This document shows, piece by piece, positions 1-8,266 of a stretch of DNA of 61,650 nucleotides. Under the pieces are notes generated by a model. That model saw nothing but the letters and a program-made list of their open reading frames with translations. It did no database searches and was not told the DNA's origin. The stretch comes from Dehalococcoidia bacterium. Its GTDB lineage: Bacteria; Chloroflexota; Dehalococcoidia; GIF9; UBA5629. A program made the position numbers and the translations under genes. Location of the stretch: assembly GCA_028716085.1 (NCBI GenBank), contig JAQUQM010000001.1:1-61650 (forward strand), in the 5' to 3' direction. The stretch's first letter is position 1, and every line of letters starts with the position of its first letter.

Positions 1-1
1 G

Positions 2-658
2 GGTGAGCAAGCATCAAGAAAAGCCGGTGTGCAAGGTTTGCATCCCGAGTTGCTAAAGCTGCTGGGCAGGTTAAAATTCAGAACAAGCTATGGGCAGAAT
101 GTCTTGACTCACAGTCTGGAAGTAGCTCACATTGCAGGGATGCTGGCAGCTGAGATTGGCGCTAATGTCACCCTTGCAAAAAGAGCTGCTTTGCTGCATG
201 ACATCGGCAAGGCAGTCGACCACGAGGTTGAAGGGCCGCATGCCCTGATAGGGGCAAACCTTGTCAAGCAATGGGATAAATCCATGGATGTGGTTCAGGC
301 AATCTCAGAACATCATGGAGAAGCTACAACAACAAGCTCTCTGGGATATATACTTGCTACTGCCGATGCAATCAGTGGTTCACGACTCGGCGCCCGCCGT
401 GAATCCCTTGATCAGTATATTAAAAGAATTGAAGCTCTCGAGAGTGTTGCCAGCAGTTTTACCGGTGTGGAAAAGGCTTTTGCTATCCAGGCGGGTAGAG
501 AGGTTCGTATAATTGTTAAACCCGAACAGGTAGATGATCTTGCAGCTATGCGTCTGGCGCGCGATATTGTAAAGAAAATAGAGGAGAGCCTGGAGTATCC
601 CGGACAAATAAAAGTCACGGTTATGCGCGAAGTACGTGCTGTGGACTACGCCAAGTGA
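2..658 (+). CDS. rny: Ribonuclease Y, C-terminal part with HD domain (5' end cut by window edge)
   Basis: Frame is open from nt 2. [32 protein letters not shown] and LHDIGKA are typical of the RNase Y HD domain. Stop TGA at 656-658. Confidence 0.9.
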   Translation, partial: GEQASRKAGVQGLHPELLKLLGRLKFRTSYGQNVLTHSLEVAHIAGMLAAEIGANVTLAKRAALLHDIGKAVDHEVEGPHALIGANLVKQWDKSMDVVQAISEHHGEATTTSSLGYILATADAISGSRLGARRESLDQYIKRIEALESVASSFTGVEKAFAIQAGREVRIIVKPEQVDDLAAMRLARDIVKKIEESLEYPGQIKVTVMREVRAVDYAK

Positions 659-676
659 CTTAGACGGTATAATTTT

Positions 677-1450
677 TTGAACATACTGGTAATTGGCGAT
701 ATTATCGGCAAGCCTGGTAGAAGAGCCCTGGAGCATTTTTTACCAGGCTTGACTGTTGAATATGGAGTTGATCTTGTCATTGCCAATGGCGAGAATGCTG
801 CCCACGGCATTGGTATTACTTCCCAGACTGCACAGGAGCTATTGACGGCGGGAGTGGATGCTATAACCACGGGAAATCATGTGTGGGCGCAGCGCGAGAT
901 TGTACCGTACCTTAACGGGCAACTACCTGTTATCAGGCCGCTTAATTTTCCTCCAGGTGCGCCCGGGCGGGGTTACATCATTGCTAAAGATGTACTCGTA
1001 GTTAATTTAATCGGTCGTGTTTTCGTGGGAGAATACGATTGCCCTTTCCGGGCAATGGATGCGCTATTAGCCGAATTGAATCCATTGCCCAGGATAATAA
1101 TCATTGACTTTCATGCTGAAGCTACATCGGAAAAAGTAGCGCTTGGAAGATACCTCGATGGCAGGGTGAGCGCGGTCCTTGGCACACATACACACATCGG
1201 GACCATTGATAGTTGCATTTTGCCGTTGGGAACAGCTTACGTCACTGATATTGGGATGGTAGGTCCCGTAAATTCGATCATTGGTGATGATATCGATAAT
1301 GTGCTCAATAGCTTTATTAACGGTTTGCCGCATCGGCTTTCTGTCGGGAAGGGTAAAACCGCCATGGATGCCATTTTACTGAACATTAACGAGCAGGACG
1401 GCAAGGCAAGAAGCATTCAGCGGATTCGAAGAGAGGAATCAGAATCGTGA
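677..1450 (+). CDS. ymdB: YmdB-family metallophosphoesterase (2',3'-cyclic-nucleotide phosphodiesterase-like)
   Basis: TTG start. N-terminus MNILVIGDIIGKPGR, GNH and DFHAEATSEK motifs. Conserved position directly after rny. Confidence 0.85.
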   Translation: MNILVIGDIIGKPGRRALEHFLPGLTVEYGVDLVIANGENAAHGIGITSQTAQELLTAGVDAITTGNHVWAQREIVPYLNGQLPVIRPLNFPPGAPGRGYIIAKDVLVVNLIGRVFVGEYDCPFRAMDALLAELNPLPRIIIIDFHAEATSEKVALGRYLDGRVSAVLGTHTHIGTIDSCILPLGTAYVTDIGMVGPVNSIIGDDIDNVLNSFINGLPHRLSVGKGKTAMDAILLNINEQDGKARSIQRIRREESES

Positions 1451-2292
1451 AATTTGATCTGCATTTACATACAACGGCTTCTGATGGAAGGCTGACTCCT
1501 GCCGAACTGGTTGACCTTGCTGTCAAAAAGGGAATTGAAGTCATTGCCATAACCGATCATGACAGTGTTAGCGGCGTGGAAGCAGCTACCGCTGCGGCAT
1601 TGAAGTATCCGGAATTGAAAGTCATACCTGGTGTAGAAATCAATACTGATTACATATCTGGTGAAGTACATGTCCTGGGATATTTTATTAATTATCATGA
1701 CAGGGCTCTGAATGCGGCTCTGGAAAAAATACGTGAATCCAGAGTGGGACGGGCTCAAAAAATGATTAATAAATTGAATGATCTTGATCTGCATATTGAA
1801 TGGGCCAGGGTACAGGAATTGGCCAGGGGAGAATCTATCTGCCGGCCGCATATTGCACAGGCTTTGCTTGAGAAAGGTTATATTGAGAGTGAAAAAGAAG
1901 CGTTCGATCGCTATATCGGTCGAAATGGGCCGGCATATGTTGAGCGAGACAAGGTCAAACCGACGGACGCGGTGGCCATTATTCTCAGGGCAGACGGGCT
2001 GCCGGTACTGGCGCATCCGGCCTATATAGATCACCTGGATAAATTGATTATTGATCTGAAAAACGCAGGGCTGGTCGGTCTGGAAGCCTACTACGGGGAA
2101 TACAACGAGTCCACAATAAGTAACATGGTCGGCATTGCGAAAAAATATGGTCTTTTAACGACCGGTGGTTCGGACTACCATCATTTTCTAGATGGACGCG
2201 AAACAGCGATAGGATCTGTTGATATCCCCACTGAATCGATCGAGAAGTTGTATACCCGCGCAGGCCGGCATTTTACAACCGGCTGGAATTGA
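1447..2292 (+). CDS. PHP-domain phosphoesterase, TrpH/YciV (RNase AM)-like
   Basis: The GTG start overlaps the ymdB stop (GTGA). DLHLHTTASDGRLTPAELV...AITDHD matches the COG0613/YciV N-terminal signature. C-terminal GGSDYH. Confidence 0.8.
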   Translation: MKFDLHLHTTASDGRLTPAELVDLAVKKGIEVIAITDHDSVSGVEAATAAALKYPELKVIPGVEINTDYISGEVHVLGYFINYHDRALNAALEKIRESRVGRAQKMINKLNDLDLHIEWARVQELARGESICRPHIAQALLEKGYIESEKEAFDRYIGRNGPAYVERDKVKPTDAVAIILRADGLPVLAHPAYIDHLDKLIIDLKNAGLVGLEAYYGEYNESTISNMVGIAKKYGLLTTGGSDYHHFLDGRETAIGSVDIPTESIEKLYTRAGRHFTTGWN

Positions 2293-2390
2293 ATTAAATA
2301 GCGAAGTATTGCCCTTTACGGTGCCTGATGACCTGGCATTTATTAATGTAATAACTAGGTTAAAAAGCGGATGGAGCGTAGTATAAAACG

Positions 2391-2399
2391 TGCTATAAT
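2391..2399 (+). promoter_or_regulatory. Extended -10 promoter element (TGcTATAAT) upstream of the Fe-S oxidoreductase gene
   Basis: tgctataat at 2391-2399, about 40 nt upstream of ATG 2438. No good -35 seen. Confidence 0.3.
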
Positions 2400-2437
2400 A
2401 TAGCGGTTTTCACAGAAATAACCGCGGAAGGAGTGAC

Positions 2438-4561
2438 ATGGAAGCATCGCGAGAAATATTCTGGCAGATTCCCTTTTTAGTTCAGATCAGTCTCTATTCT
2501 GCAGCAGTTGTAGCTGTCTTACTAATCGGATATGCCGTCTATAAACGGTACCAGATGTGGATGTTGGGCAAACCTGACAACCGTTTTGATAATCCCGGAG
2601 GCAGGATAGGCGAGTTCATTAAAATTGGGATTTTGGACGGTGTATTTCACAGGCGTTTCTTCAGGGACCCATATCCCGGAATTATGCATTTCCTCATTTT
2701 TGTCGGTTGCTGTCTCTTGTTCGTAGGTGCCGGGCTGGATTTCTTAAATCATTACGTATTTGAGCCCTTCCACGCAGCATTTATTCATGGACCCGTATAT
2801 ATGTATCTCGGGGGACTATGGAATATTGCCGGTTTGATGGTAATAATCGGCCTGATCATGGCATTTGTCCGGCGATATATTCAGAGACCGAAAAGGCTAA
2901 ATACCATATTGGATGATGGTGTGGCCCTGCTTTTAATCCTGATAGTCGTAATTTCCGGCTTTTTCCTGCAGGGTTTCAGAATGATAGCTGCTGTCCCGGA
3001 AAGCCTTGGGTTACAACAGCCCGAGTTTTATGTTCATCCGGAATGGGGACAGGCAAGATTTGTAGGATTCTGGATCGCCAGCATGTTTTCCGAACTACCT
3101 GAGGCCACCAGAGTGCTGTGGTATCAGATTCTATGGTATTCCCACGTTATAATCACTATTGGTGCAGTAGCATACATTATTCTTGCATGGGAAAAGTTAA
3201 CTCACATACTGATATCTCCTGTAAATGTACTCTTTAAAACTTCGAGGCCAAAAGGTGCTTTGAGCTATGTTAACCTGGAAACAGCAGAGACCTACGGCAT
3301 TGGTAAAATCGAAGATTTTTCATGGAAACAGATTTTTGACCTGGACGCATGTACCAATTGCGGGCGATGTCAGGATAGGTGCCCCGCTTATCTGACAGAG
3401 AAACCGCTTTCACCACGCAAAGTAGTTCAGGATCTCAAAACTCACTGGCTGGACAGGAGCCCAGCACTGCTTGCAGCCAAGAAAACTAAAGCGAAAGCCG
3501 GAGGTAACGGTGAGTCTTCCGCTCCTGCAGAAGCGAGTGACGGTGGTGGGAAAGCTATGGTGGGTGGAGTTATTACCGAAGATGAAATCTGGTCCTGCAC
3601 AACCTGCCGGGCATGTCAGGATGTATGCCCCGTTTTTATAGAACATATCGATAAAATCGTTGATATGAGACGTCATCTTGTTCTGGATCTTGCCCAGGTA
3701 CCGGAAACAGGCGAAGCCATACTTAAGTGCATAGAAGCCAGGGGGCACAGCTGTAAAGGTACAACGCTTACCAGGACTGATTGGACCACGGGTCTGGATA
3801 TAAAGCAATTATCTGAAGACAGTAACGTCGAATACATGTTTTTTGCTGGTTGCGCGGCTTCACTTGAAGAAAGAAGTACCAAGATTGCAATTGCTACAGC
3901 CAAAATCCTGAAGGCTGCAGGAACCAGCTTTGGTATATTGGGTGCCCAGGAAATGTGTTGTGGCGAACCTGCCAGACGGTTGGGCAATGAATATCTTTTC
4001 CAGACACTGGCAGCTCAGAATGTCGAGTTGTTTAAGAGCTACAATGTTAAGAAGATCATTACTATGTGTCCCCACTGCTTTAACACGTTAAAAAATGAGT
4101 ATCCGCAGTTCGATGGCAATTTTGAAGTGATTCACCACAGTACATTTATTTCCAGGTTGATTGATGAAGGTAAGATAAAGCCTGCAATAGTGAAGGAGAA
4201 CAAGATAACGTACCATGACTCATGCTATCTGGGCAGGCACAATGATATCTATGAACCGCAAAGGCATGTACTAAGATCAATCAGTAAATTGCCTATTGTT
4301 GAAATGGAACGGTCAAAGAATAACGGTTTTTGCTGTGGCGCGGGTGGTGGAAGGTTCTGGATGGAGGAACGTATAGGCAAGCGCATAAGTGAAACGAGAA
4401 TCGATCAGGTAATAGAAACAGGTGCAGAAATCGTAGCTTCTGCCTGCCCCTACTGTGTACAGATGTTCACAGATGCTATCAAGGCAAAAGGCGCCGAGGA
4501 AACATTGAAGGCATTCGATATTGCAGAGCTTGTGGCGGAGTCTCTAACCAGCAACAAATAA
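2438..4561 (+). CDS. Membrane-anchored Fe-S oxidoreductase: NarI/DsrM-like membrane domain fused to an HdrD/DsrK-like module (2x[4Fe-4S] plus two CCG domains)
   Basis: SD GGAAGGAG precedes the ATG. The N-terminal ~260 aa are multi-TM with His residues. CTNCGRCQDRCP and CTTCRACQDVCP ferredoxin motifs. Two CCG motifs (MCCGEP...CPHC and FCCGAGGG...CPYC). Confidence 0.8.
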   Translation: MEASREIFWQIPFLVQISLYSAAVVAVLLIGYAVYKRYQMWMLGKPDNRFDNPGGRIGEFIKIGILDGVFHRRFFRDPYPGIMHFLIFVGCCLLFVGAGLDFLNHYVFEPFHAAFIHGPVYMYLGGLWNIAGLMVIIGLIMAFVRRYIQRPKRLNTILDDGVALLLILIVVISGFFLQGFRMIAAVPESLGLQQPEFYVHPEWGQARFVGFWIASMFSELPEATRVLWYQILWYSHVIITIGAVAYIILAWEKLTHILISPVNVLFKTSRPKGALSYVNLETAETYGIGKIEDFSWKQIFDLDACTNCGRCQDRCPAYLTEKPLSPRKVVQDLKTHWLDRSPALLAAKKTKAKAGGNGESSAPAEASDGGGKAMVGGVITEDEIWSCTTCRACQDVCPVFIEHIDKIVDMRRHLVLDLAQVPETGEAILKCIEARGHSCKGTTLTRTDWTTGLDIKQLSEDSNVEYMFFAGCAASLEERSTKIAIATAKILKAAGTSFGILGAQEMCCGEPARRLGNEYLFQTLAAQNVELFKSYNVKKIITMCPHCFNTLKNEYPQFDGNFEVIHHSTFISRLIDEGKIKPAIVKENKITYHDSCYLGRHNDIYEPQRHVLRSISKLPIVEMERSKNNGFCCGAGGGRFWMEERIGKRISETRIDQVIETGAEIVASACPYCVQMFTDAIKAKGAEETLKAFDIAELVAESLTSNK

Positions 4562-4583
4562 TCCGGCGGATTGATTCGATCAA

Positions 4584-4617
4584 AACGGGTTGTGATCATC
4601 ACTGATCACAACCCGTT
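4584..4617. terminator. Perfect 15-bp stem hairpin between the convergent Fe-S oxidoreductase gene and tRNA-Asn
   Basis: AACGGGTTGTGATCA-tcac-TGATCACAACCCGTT. The U-tract (TTTG) is only on the minus-strand side, so it is best placed as the tRNA-Asn terminator or a bidirectional one. Confidence 0.55.
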
Positions 4618-4659
4618 AATATTATAGACAATATATACAAATCGATATATCTGAAAAAT

Positions 4660-4734
4660 TGGCTCCTCGGGTAGGATTCGAACCTACAACCTAGCGGTTA
4701 ACAGCCGCCCGCTCTACCATTGAGCTACCGAGGA
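4660..4734 (-). tRNA. tRNA-Asn (GTT), CCA encoded
   Basis: Reverse complement folds as a cloverleaf: acceptor TCCTCGG/CCGAGGA, anticodon loop CTGTTAA, T-loop GGTTCGAATCC. Confidence 0.9.
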
Positions 4735-4840
4735 ATGAAAGCCTGAGATCGATGAATTCAAGTTTACAATGTTTAGAAAATAACCGTGATATTATACAAT
4801 GCACAGTTGCATATCGGCAAAACTGTAGCAGAACGATATT

Positions 4841-5449
4841 TTATCCGGACATCAGGTTATTGTAAATAGCTTGTACCTGTGCTCTTGTTTCTTCCAGAGT
4901 ACCGTCATTGTTGATGATATAATCTGCGACTTTCGTCTTCTCGTGAACTGGAATTTGATTATTAATCCTGTTGAATGCGTCCTCCTCGTTCATTCCCCTG
5001 TTGATAAGCCGCTGCAACTGCACGGCCGGTGATGCAAATACAACTATGATTTTATCAACCAGCCTTCTGGCAACATCAGGCCCGATTTCCAGCAGAAGTG
5101 GTATATCCTTCACCACCAAACAATCAGGCGTTTCTTTCCTTCTTTCTCTGACCAGCCTTTCATCTTCCTTGAGAACTTCCGGATGAACGATCGAATTTAG
5201 CTTCTTAAGTTCGTCCGGATTGTTGAACACGATATCAGCTAATTTTTGTCTGTTTACAGTTTTATCACTATTTAAGATATGTTCACCAAAGTGATTAACG
5301 ATTTTCTTCCATGCCGGTTGTCCGGGTTCTTCAACTTTGCGGGCTAATGCATCTGCATCGATCAGATAAGCTCCCAGATCTTGAAACATCTTTGCTACAG
5401 TGCTTTTACCAGTTCCTATTGTACCTGTAATGCCAGCAATGATCATCAC
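4841..5449 (-). CDS. coaE: Dephospho-CoA kinase
   Basis: N-terminal GITGTIGTGKST P-loop, and length and layout typical of CoaE. Confidence 0.9.
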   Translation of the reverse strand: MMIIAGITGTIGTGKSTVAKMFQDLGAYLIDADALARKVEEPGQPAWKKIVNHFGEHILNSDKTVNRQKLADIVFNNPDELKKLNSIVHPEVLKEDERLVRERRKETPDCLVVKDIPLLLEIGPDVARRLVDKIIVVFASPAVQLQRLINRGMNEEDAFNRINNQIPVHEKTKVADYIINNDGTLEETRAQVQAIYNNLMSG

Positions 5450-5452
5450 ATT

Positions 5453-6085
5453 TCAACGATGGTTCAATGAACCTCTAAACCTTCCTGCTTTCAGTTCTTG
5501 AAGGAGCTCAACTTCATTTCGTATTTGCTTCTGAAATATAGTAACACATTTTCCGAGTTCATCGGAAAAATGGGCATCGCTGCCACCAGAAGTATGCAAT
5601 CCAAGCTTTTTTGCCAGCTGGCAGGCCAGGATATTGTTTCCTTCAAGATTACGTCCATTGAAGCCTTCAAGCGCATCGACAGAGTCGAATACCTGTCTTT
5701 TCATGACGATATCCGATGCAATATTGAAATCTGTTATCGTGTTACAGGGGAAACCTCGAAAAGGGTGTGCAGCAATCATAAAGCCATCGGCATCCGTTAC
5801 CAGATTGCGGAGCTCTTTGATACTGATGACTGTAGTGAAATTGATATTCAGTCCGAAGATAAGGACTTCTCCCCCTTCTTTTACCATGACCTCAACTCCG
5901 CGAAAAACAGGAAAGTTGTGCAGTGTGTTCAACTCGGTTATCGCTGATGAATCCCATGCTCGGTCATGTTCGGTGAAGCAAATACCGTCAAGCCCCATAC
6001 TGCGGGCTTTCTTTATCGCGTCGTCAGGGTCTAAATTACTATCAGGGGACAACCTGCTCGTATGAATATGAAGATCGATTTTCAA
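5453..6085 (-). CDS. Small PHP-domain metal-dependent phosphoesterase
   Basis: TTG start. MKIDLHIHT, FTEHD, AAHPF and GGSDAH motifs. The stop lies 3 nt before the coaE start. Confidence 0.75.
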   Translation of the reverse strand: MKIDLHIHTSRLSPDSNLDPDDAIKKARSMGLDGICFTEHDRAWDSSAITELNTLHNFPVFRGVEVMVKEGGEVLIFGLNINFTTVISIKELRNLVTDADGFMIAAHPFRGFPCNTITDFNIASDIVMKRQVFDSVDALEGFNGRNLEGNNILACQLAKKLGLHTSGGSDAHFSDELGKCVTIFQKQIRNEVELLQELKAGRFRGSLNHR

Positions 6086-6109
6086 CAGATTCTCTTAAAT
6101 AATCAATAT

Positions 6110-6138
6110 GAGCCAATTGTAACCACCTCAATTGGCTC
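6110..6138. promoter_or_regulatory. Perfect 10-bp inverted repeat (GAGCCAATTG-N9-CAATTGGCTC) in a divergent intergenic region
   Basis: Read directly from the sequence. It lies 25 nt upstream of the PHP gene start (minus strand) and about 320 nt upstream of the BKACE gene. No upstream gene on either strand could use it as a terminator. Confidence 0.4.
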
Positions 6139-6249
6139 ACCAGGAGGTTATATTAGCATTATAATAAATCTTAAACAAACGGATGCAACAGGAATTTGAT
6201 TCATTGACTTTTAAAGGGGCATTAATTAACATTTACCATAGAAATTGCA

Positions 6250-6331
6250 GGCTATCTTCAGGTTAGTCGAAGGGTCATAAAAGCGTATACCGAGCGACTG
6301 GTACGCAAATCAAACCCTTCAGGGGATAGCC
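6250..6331 (+). ncRNA. Candidate structured 5' leader (three nested helices) upstream of the BKACE gene; class unknown
   Basis: P1 GGCTATC (6250-6256)/GATAGCC (6325-6331). P2 GAAGGGT (6269-6275)/ACCCTTC (6314-6320). P3 GCGTA..CC (6283-6291)/GG.TACGC (6300-6306). A possible promoter, TTGACT(6204)-17-TAACAT, lies just upstream. Confidence 0.25.
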
Positions 6332-6455
6332 ATCGACTACTTAACATAACTCTGATTCAGGTTCGATATTAGAATATTTTGGTAATTTCTTTGGTGCTTA
6401 GCAATATTCTTTAGCCAACGAAACGGCTGTATAAACCAAATCGGGAGGTGATGGA

Positions 6456-7388
6456 ATGCCGCAGGAAAAAGTAATAGTGACTGCAGCGCTTACCGGCTCA
6501 GTTCATTATCCCAGCATGTCGCCATATTTACCGTTAAATCCCAAACAGATAATCGAGGATGGCGTCAGGTCAGCAGAAGCCGGTGCTGCAGTATTACATA
6601 TTCACGTACGCAACCCGGAAAACGGCATGCCGACTCCTGACCTGGATATTTTCCGCGAAGTATTAACCGGCATTAAGGCCAAAACAAACGCAGTAATTTG
6701 CTTATCAACCGGGGGTGGCATGGGTATGAGCACGGAGCAACGTGCAACGCCTCTAATAACATTCAAACCGGAAATGGCATCACTGAACTTCGGATCTATG
6801 AATTTCAGTGTCTTTCCGGGTGCTGAAAAGATAAAAGAGTGGAAATATCCCTGGGAAAGATTAGCCATGCTTGCCAGTGAGGATTATATTTTCCCCAATA
6901 CATTTAAAACAATGCGGGAATTTTTATCGATTTTCGCTGCAAATGAGACTAAGCCAGAACTGGAGCTTTATGACCTCGGAATGGTGAATAATGTGGCTTT
7001 CATGATCAACCGGGGTCATCTGAAGCCACCTGTTCACTTACAGTTTGTTACCGGGATACTGGGCGGAGTGCCGTCAACGGTTAACAGCCTGGTTACTCTT
7101 GTGAATGCATGCAGAGAGGCTATCGGAGTAGATAACTTTACCTGGTCGGCGATAGGATCGGGCAGATATCAGATGCCTATCTGCGCCGTAGCACTTGCTA
7201 TGGGTGGGAGCGTGAGAGTGGGGCTTGAAGACAGCCTGTATATAAGCAAAGGCGTTTTGGCTAAGAGCAGCGCTGAACATGTGGAAAAAATAATACGAAT
7301 TATGCGTGAACTGAGCCTTGAACCTGCTACACCGGAGGAGACCAGGAAAACATTGAGATTGAAAGGATCCGACAAGGTTAATTTCTAA
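6456..7388 (+). CDS. BKACE family enzyme (3-keto-5-aminohexanoate cleavage enzyme-like, DUF849)
   Basis: SD GGGAGGTGA. N-terminus VIVTAALTGSVH and HIHVRNPENGMPT resemble the BKACE/Kce TIM-barrel family. Confidence 0.8.
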   Translation: MPQEKVIVTAALTGSVHYPSMSPYLPLNPKQIIEDGVRSAEAGAAVLHIHVRNPENGMPTPDLDIFREVLTGIKAKTNAVICLSTGGGMGMSTEQRATPLITFKPEMASLNFGSMNFSVFPGAEKIKEWKYPWERLAMLASEDYIFPNTFKTMREFLSIFAANETKPELELYDLGMVNNVAFMINRGHLKPPVHLQFVTGILGGVPSTVNSLVTLVNACREAIGVDNFTWSAIGSGRYQMPICAVALAMGGSVRVGLEDSLYISKGVLAKSSAEHVEKIIRIMRELSLEPATPEETRKTLRLKGSDKVNF

Positions 7389-7460
7389 TCTACAGCTATA
7401 TAAATAGATTCAGCTTAATCACGTCGTTGTGAAACTTACATAGCCAGCCTGTTACATGAA

Positions 7461-7534
7461 TGGCTGCCGAGCCAGGATTCGAACCTGGGCAAATGGATCC
7501 AAAGTCCATCGTGCTACCACTACACAACTCGGCA
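7461..7534 (-). tRNA. tRNA-Gln (TTG), CCA encoded
   Basis: Acceptor TGCCGAG/CTCGGCA, anticodon stem ATGGA/TCCAT with loop CTTTGGA, T-loop GGTTCGAATCC. Confidence 0.9.
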
Positions 7535-7680
7535 ATCCGAGACTAGCGTATCATAGAATTCCACGAGGGTCAATTAAAAAAGCCGCCGTAAAATTTAATA
7601 TTTTTTAAATCTTCTCTAAACCTTTCTGTTTTCACTTCCGTTAAATAAGTATAAATAAAAAAACTGAAGTGGAGATTAAG

Positions 7681-7812
7681 ATGATGAACAAAAAAGTATT
7701 TGAGAAGATGAACCAGGATCGCAAGTTAGTGGTGTTGTTCAGTGGAATTCTGGTAGATGGCATTCTGCTTATCTCGCTTCTGATAGCTGCCAGTATCTTG
7801 TATTTAATCTAA
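7681..7812 (+). CDS. Small (43 aa) single-TM protein, absent from the ORF track
   Basis: GGAG sits 6 nt upstream of the ATG. Translation: MMNKKVFEKMNQDRKLVVLFSGILVDGILLISLLIAASILYLI. A strong intrinsic terminator follows 30 nt downstream. Confidence 0.5.
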   Translation: MMNKKVFEKMNQDRKLVVLFSGILVDGILLISLLIAASILYLI

Positions 7813-7842
7813 GTTTAACCTTTCCGCTCAGCGAAATAATGG

Positions 7843-7875
7843 CTGCCAGGCAAATCTTTGCCTGGCAGTTTTTTT
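7843..7875 (+). terminator. Rho-independent terminator
   Basis: CTGCCAGGCAAA/TTTGCCTGGCAG stem followed by a run of 7 T. Confidence 0.8.
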
Positions 7876-7914
7876 ATGTATAAATGGATTTGGTTGATGT
7901 AAATCGATGATAAA

Positions 7915-7999
7915 TGCCGAAGGTCGGACTCGAACCGACACGAGAGTTGCCCCTCAACAGTTTTTGAGACTGCCGCGTCTACCATTCCGCCACTTCGGC
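7915..7999 (-). tRNA. tRNA-Leu (CAA), long variable arm, no encoded CCA
   Basis: Acceptor GCCGAAG/CTTCGGC, anticodon loop CTCAAAA, T-loop GGTTCGAGTCC. Confidence 0.9.
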
Positions 8000-8015
8000 T
8001 CGACTGTGTTTGGAG

Positions 8016-8091
<76 letters not shown>

Positions 8092-8266
8092 GCGGATGAC
8101 ATTTTAGCTTTTTAGTGAATTGAGTGTCAATATTCAAAATGATGACTGCCAATGTTTAATTATTGCCACCCATTTCAAACATCGAAAGCCTGGAAAACAG
8201 TAAATATTTGAATTGAAATCTGTATGCATTTAAAATAAGAATGCAAAGCAATAACGTTTCGAAAAT

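Noticed and set aside
1465-2034. 189-aa antisense ORF opposite the YciV-like PHP gene. Similar antisense ORFs occur at 19829..20353, 43389..43913, 36744..37259, 40410..40862 and 53294..53761.
   Set aside because: They have no recognisable motifs or SDs, and each is embedded in a confidently assigned gene on the other strand.
7537-7560. TTGACC-12-TATGAT upstream of tRNA-Gln (and TTGACA-12-TATAAT upstream of the P-type ATPase) as -35/-10 pairs
   Set aside because: A 12-nt spacer is too short for a canonical sigma70 promoter. For the ATPase I kept only the extended -10 reading.
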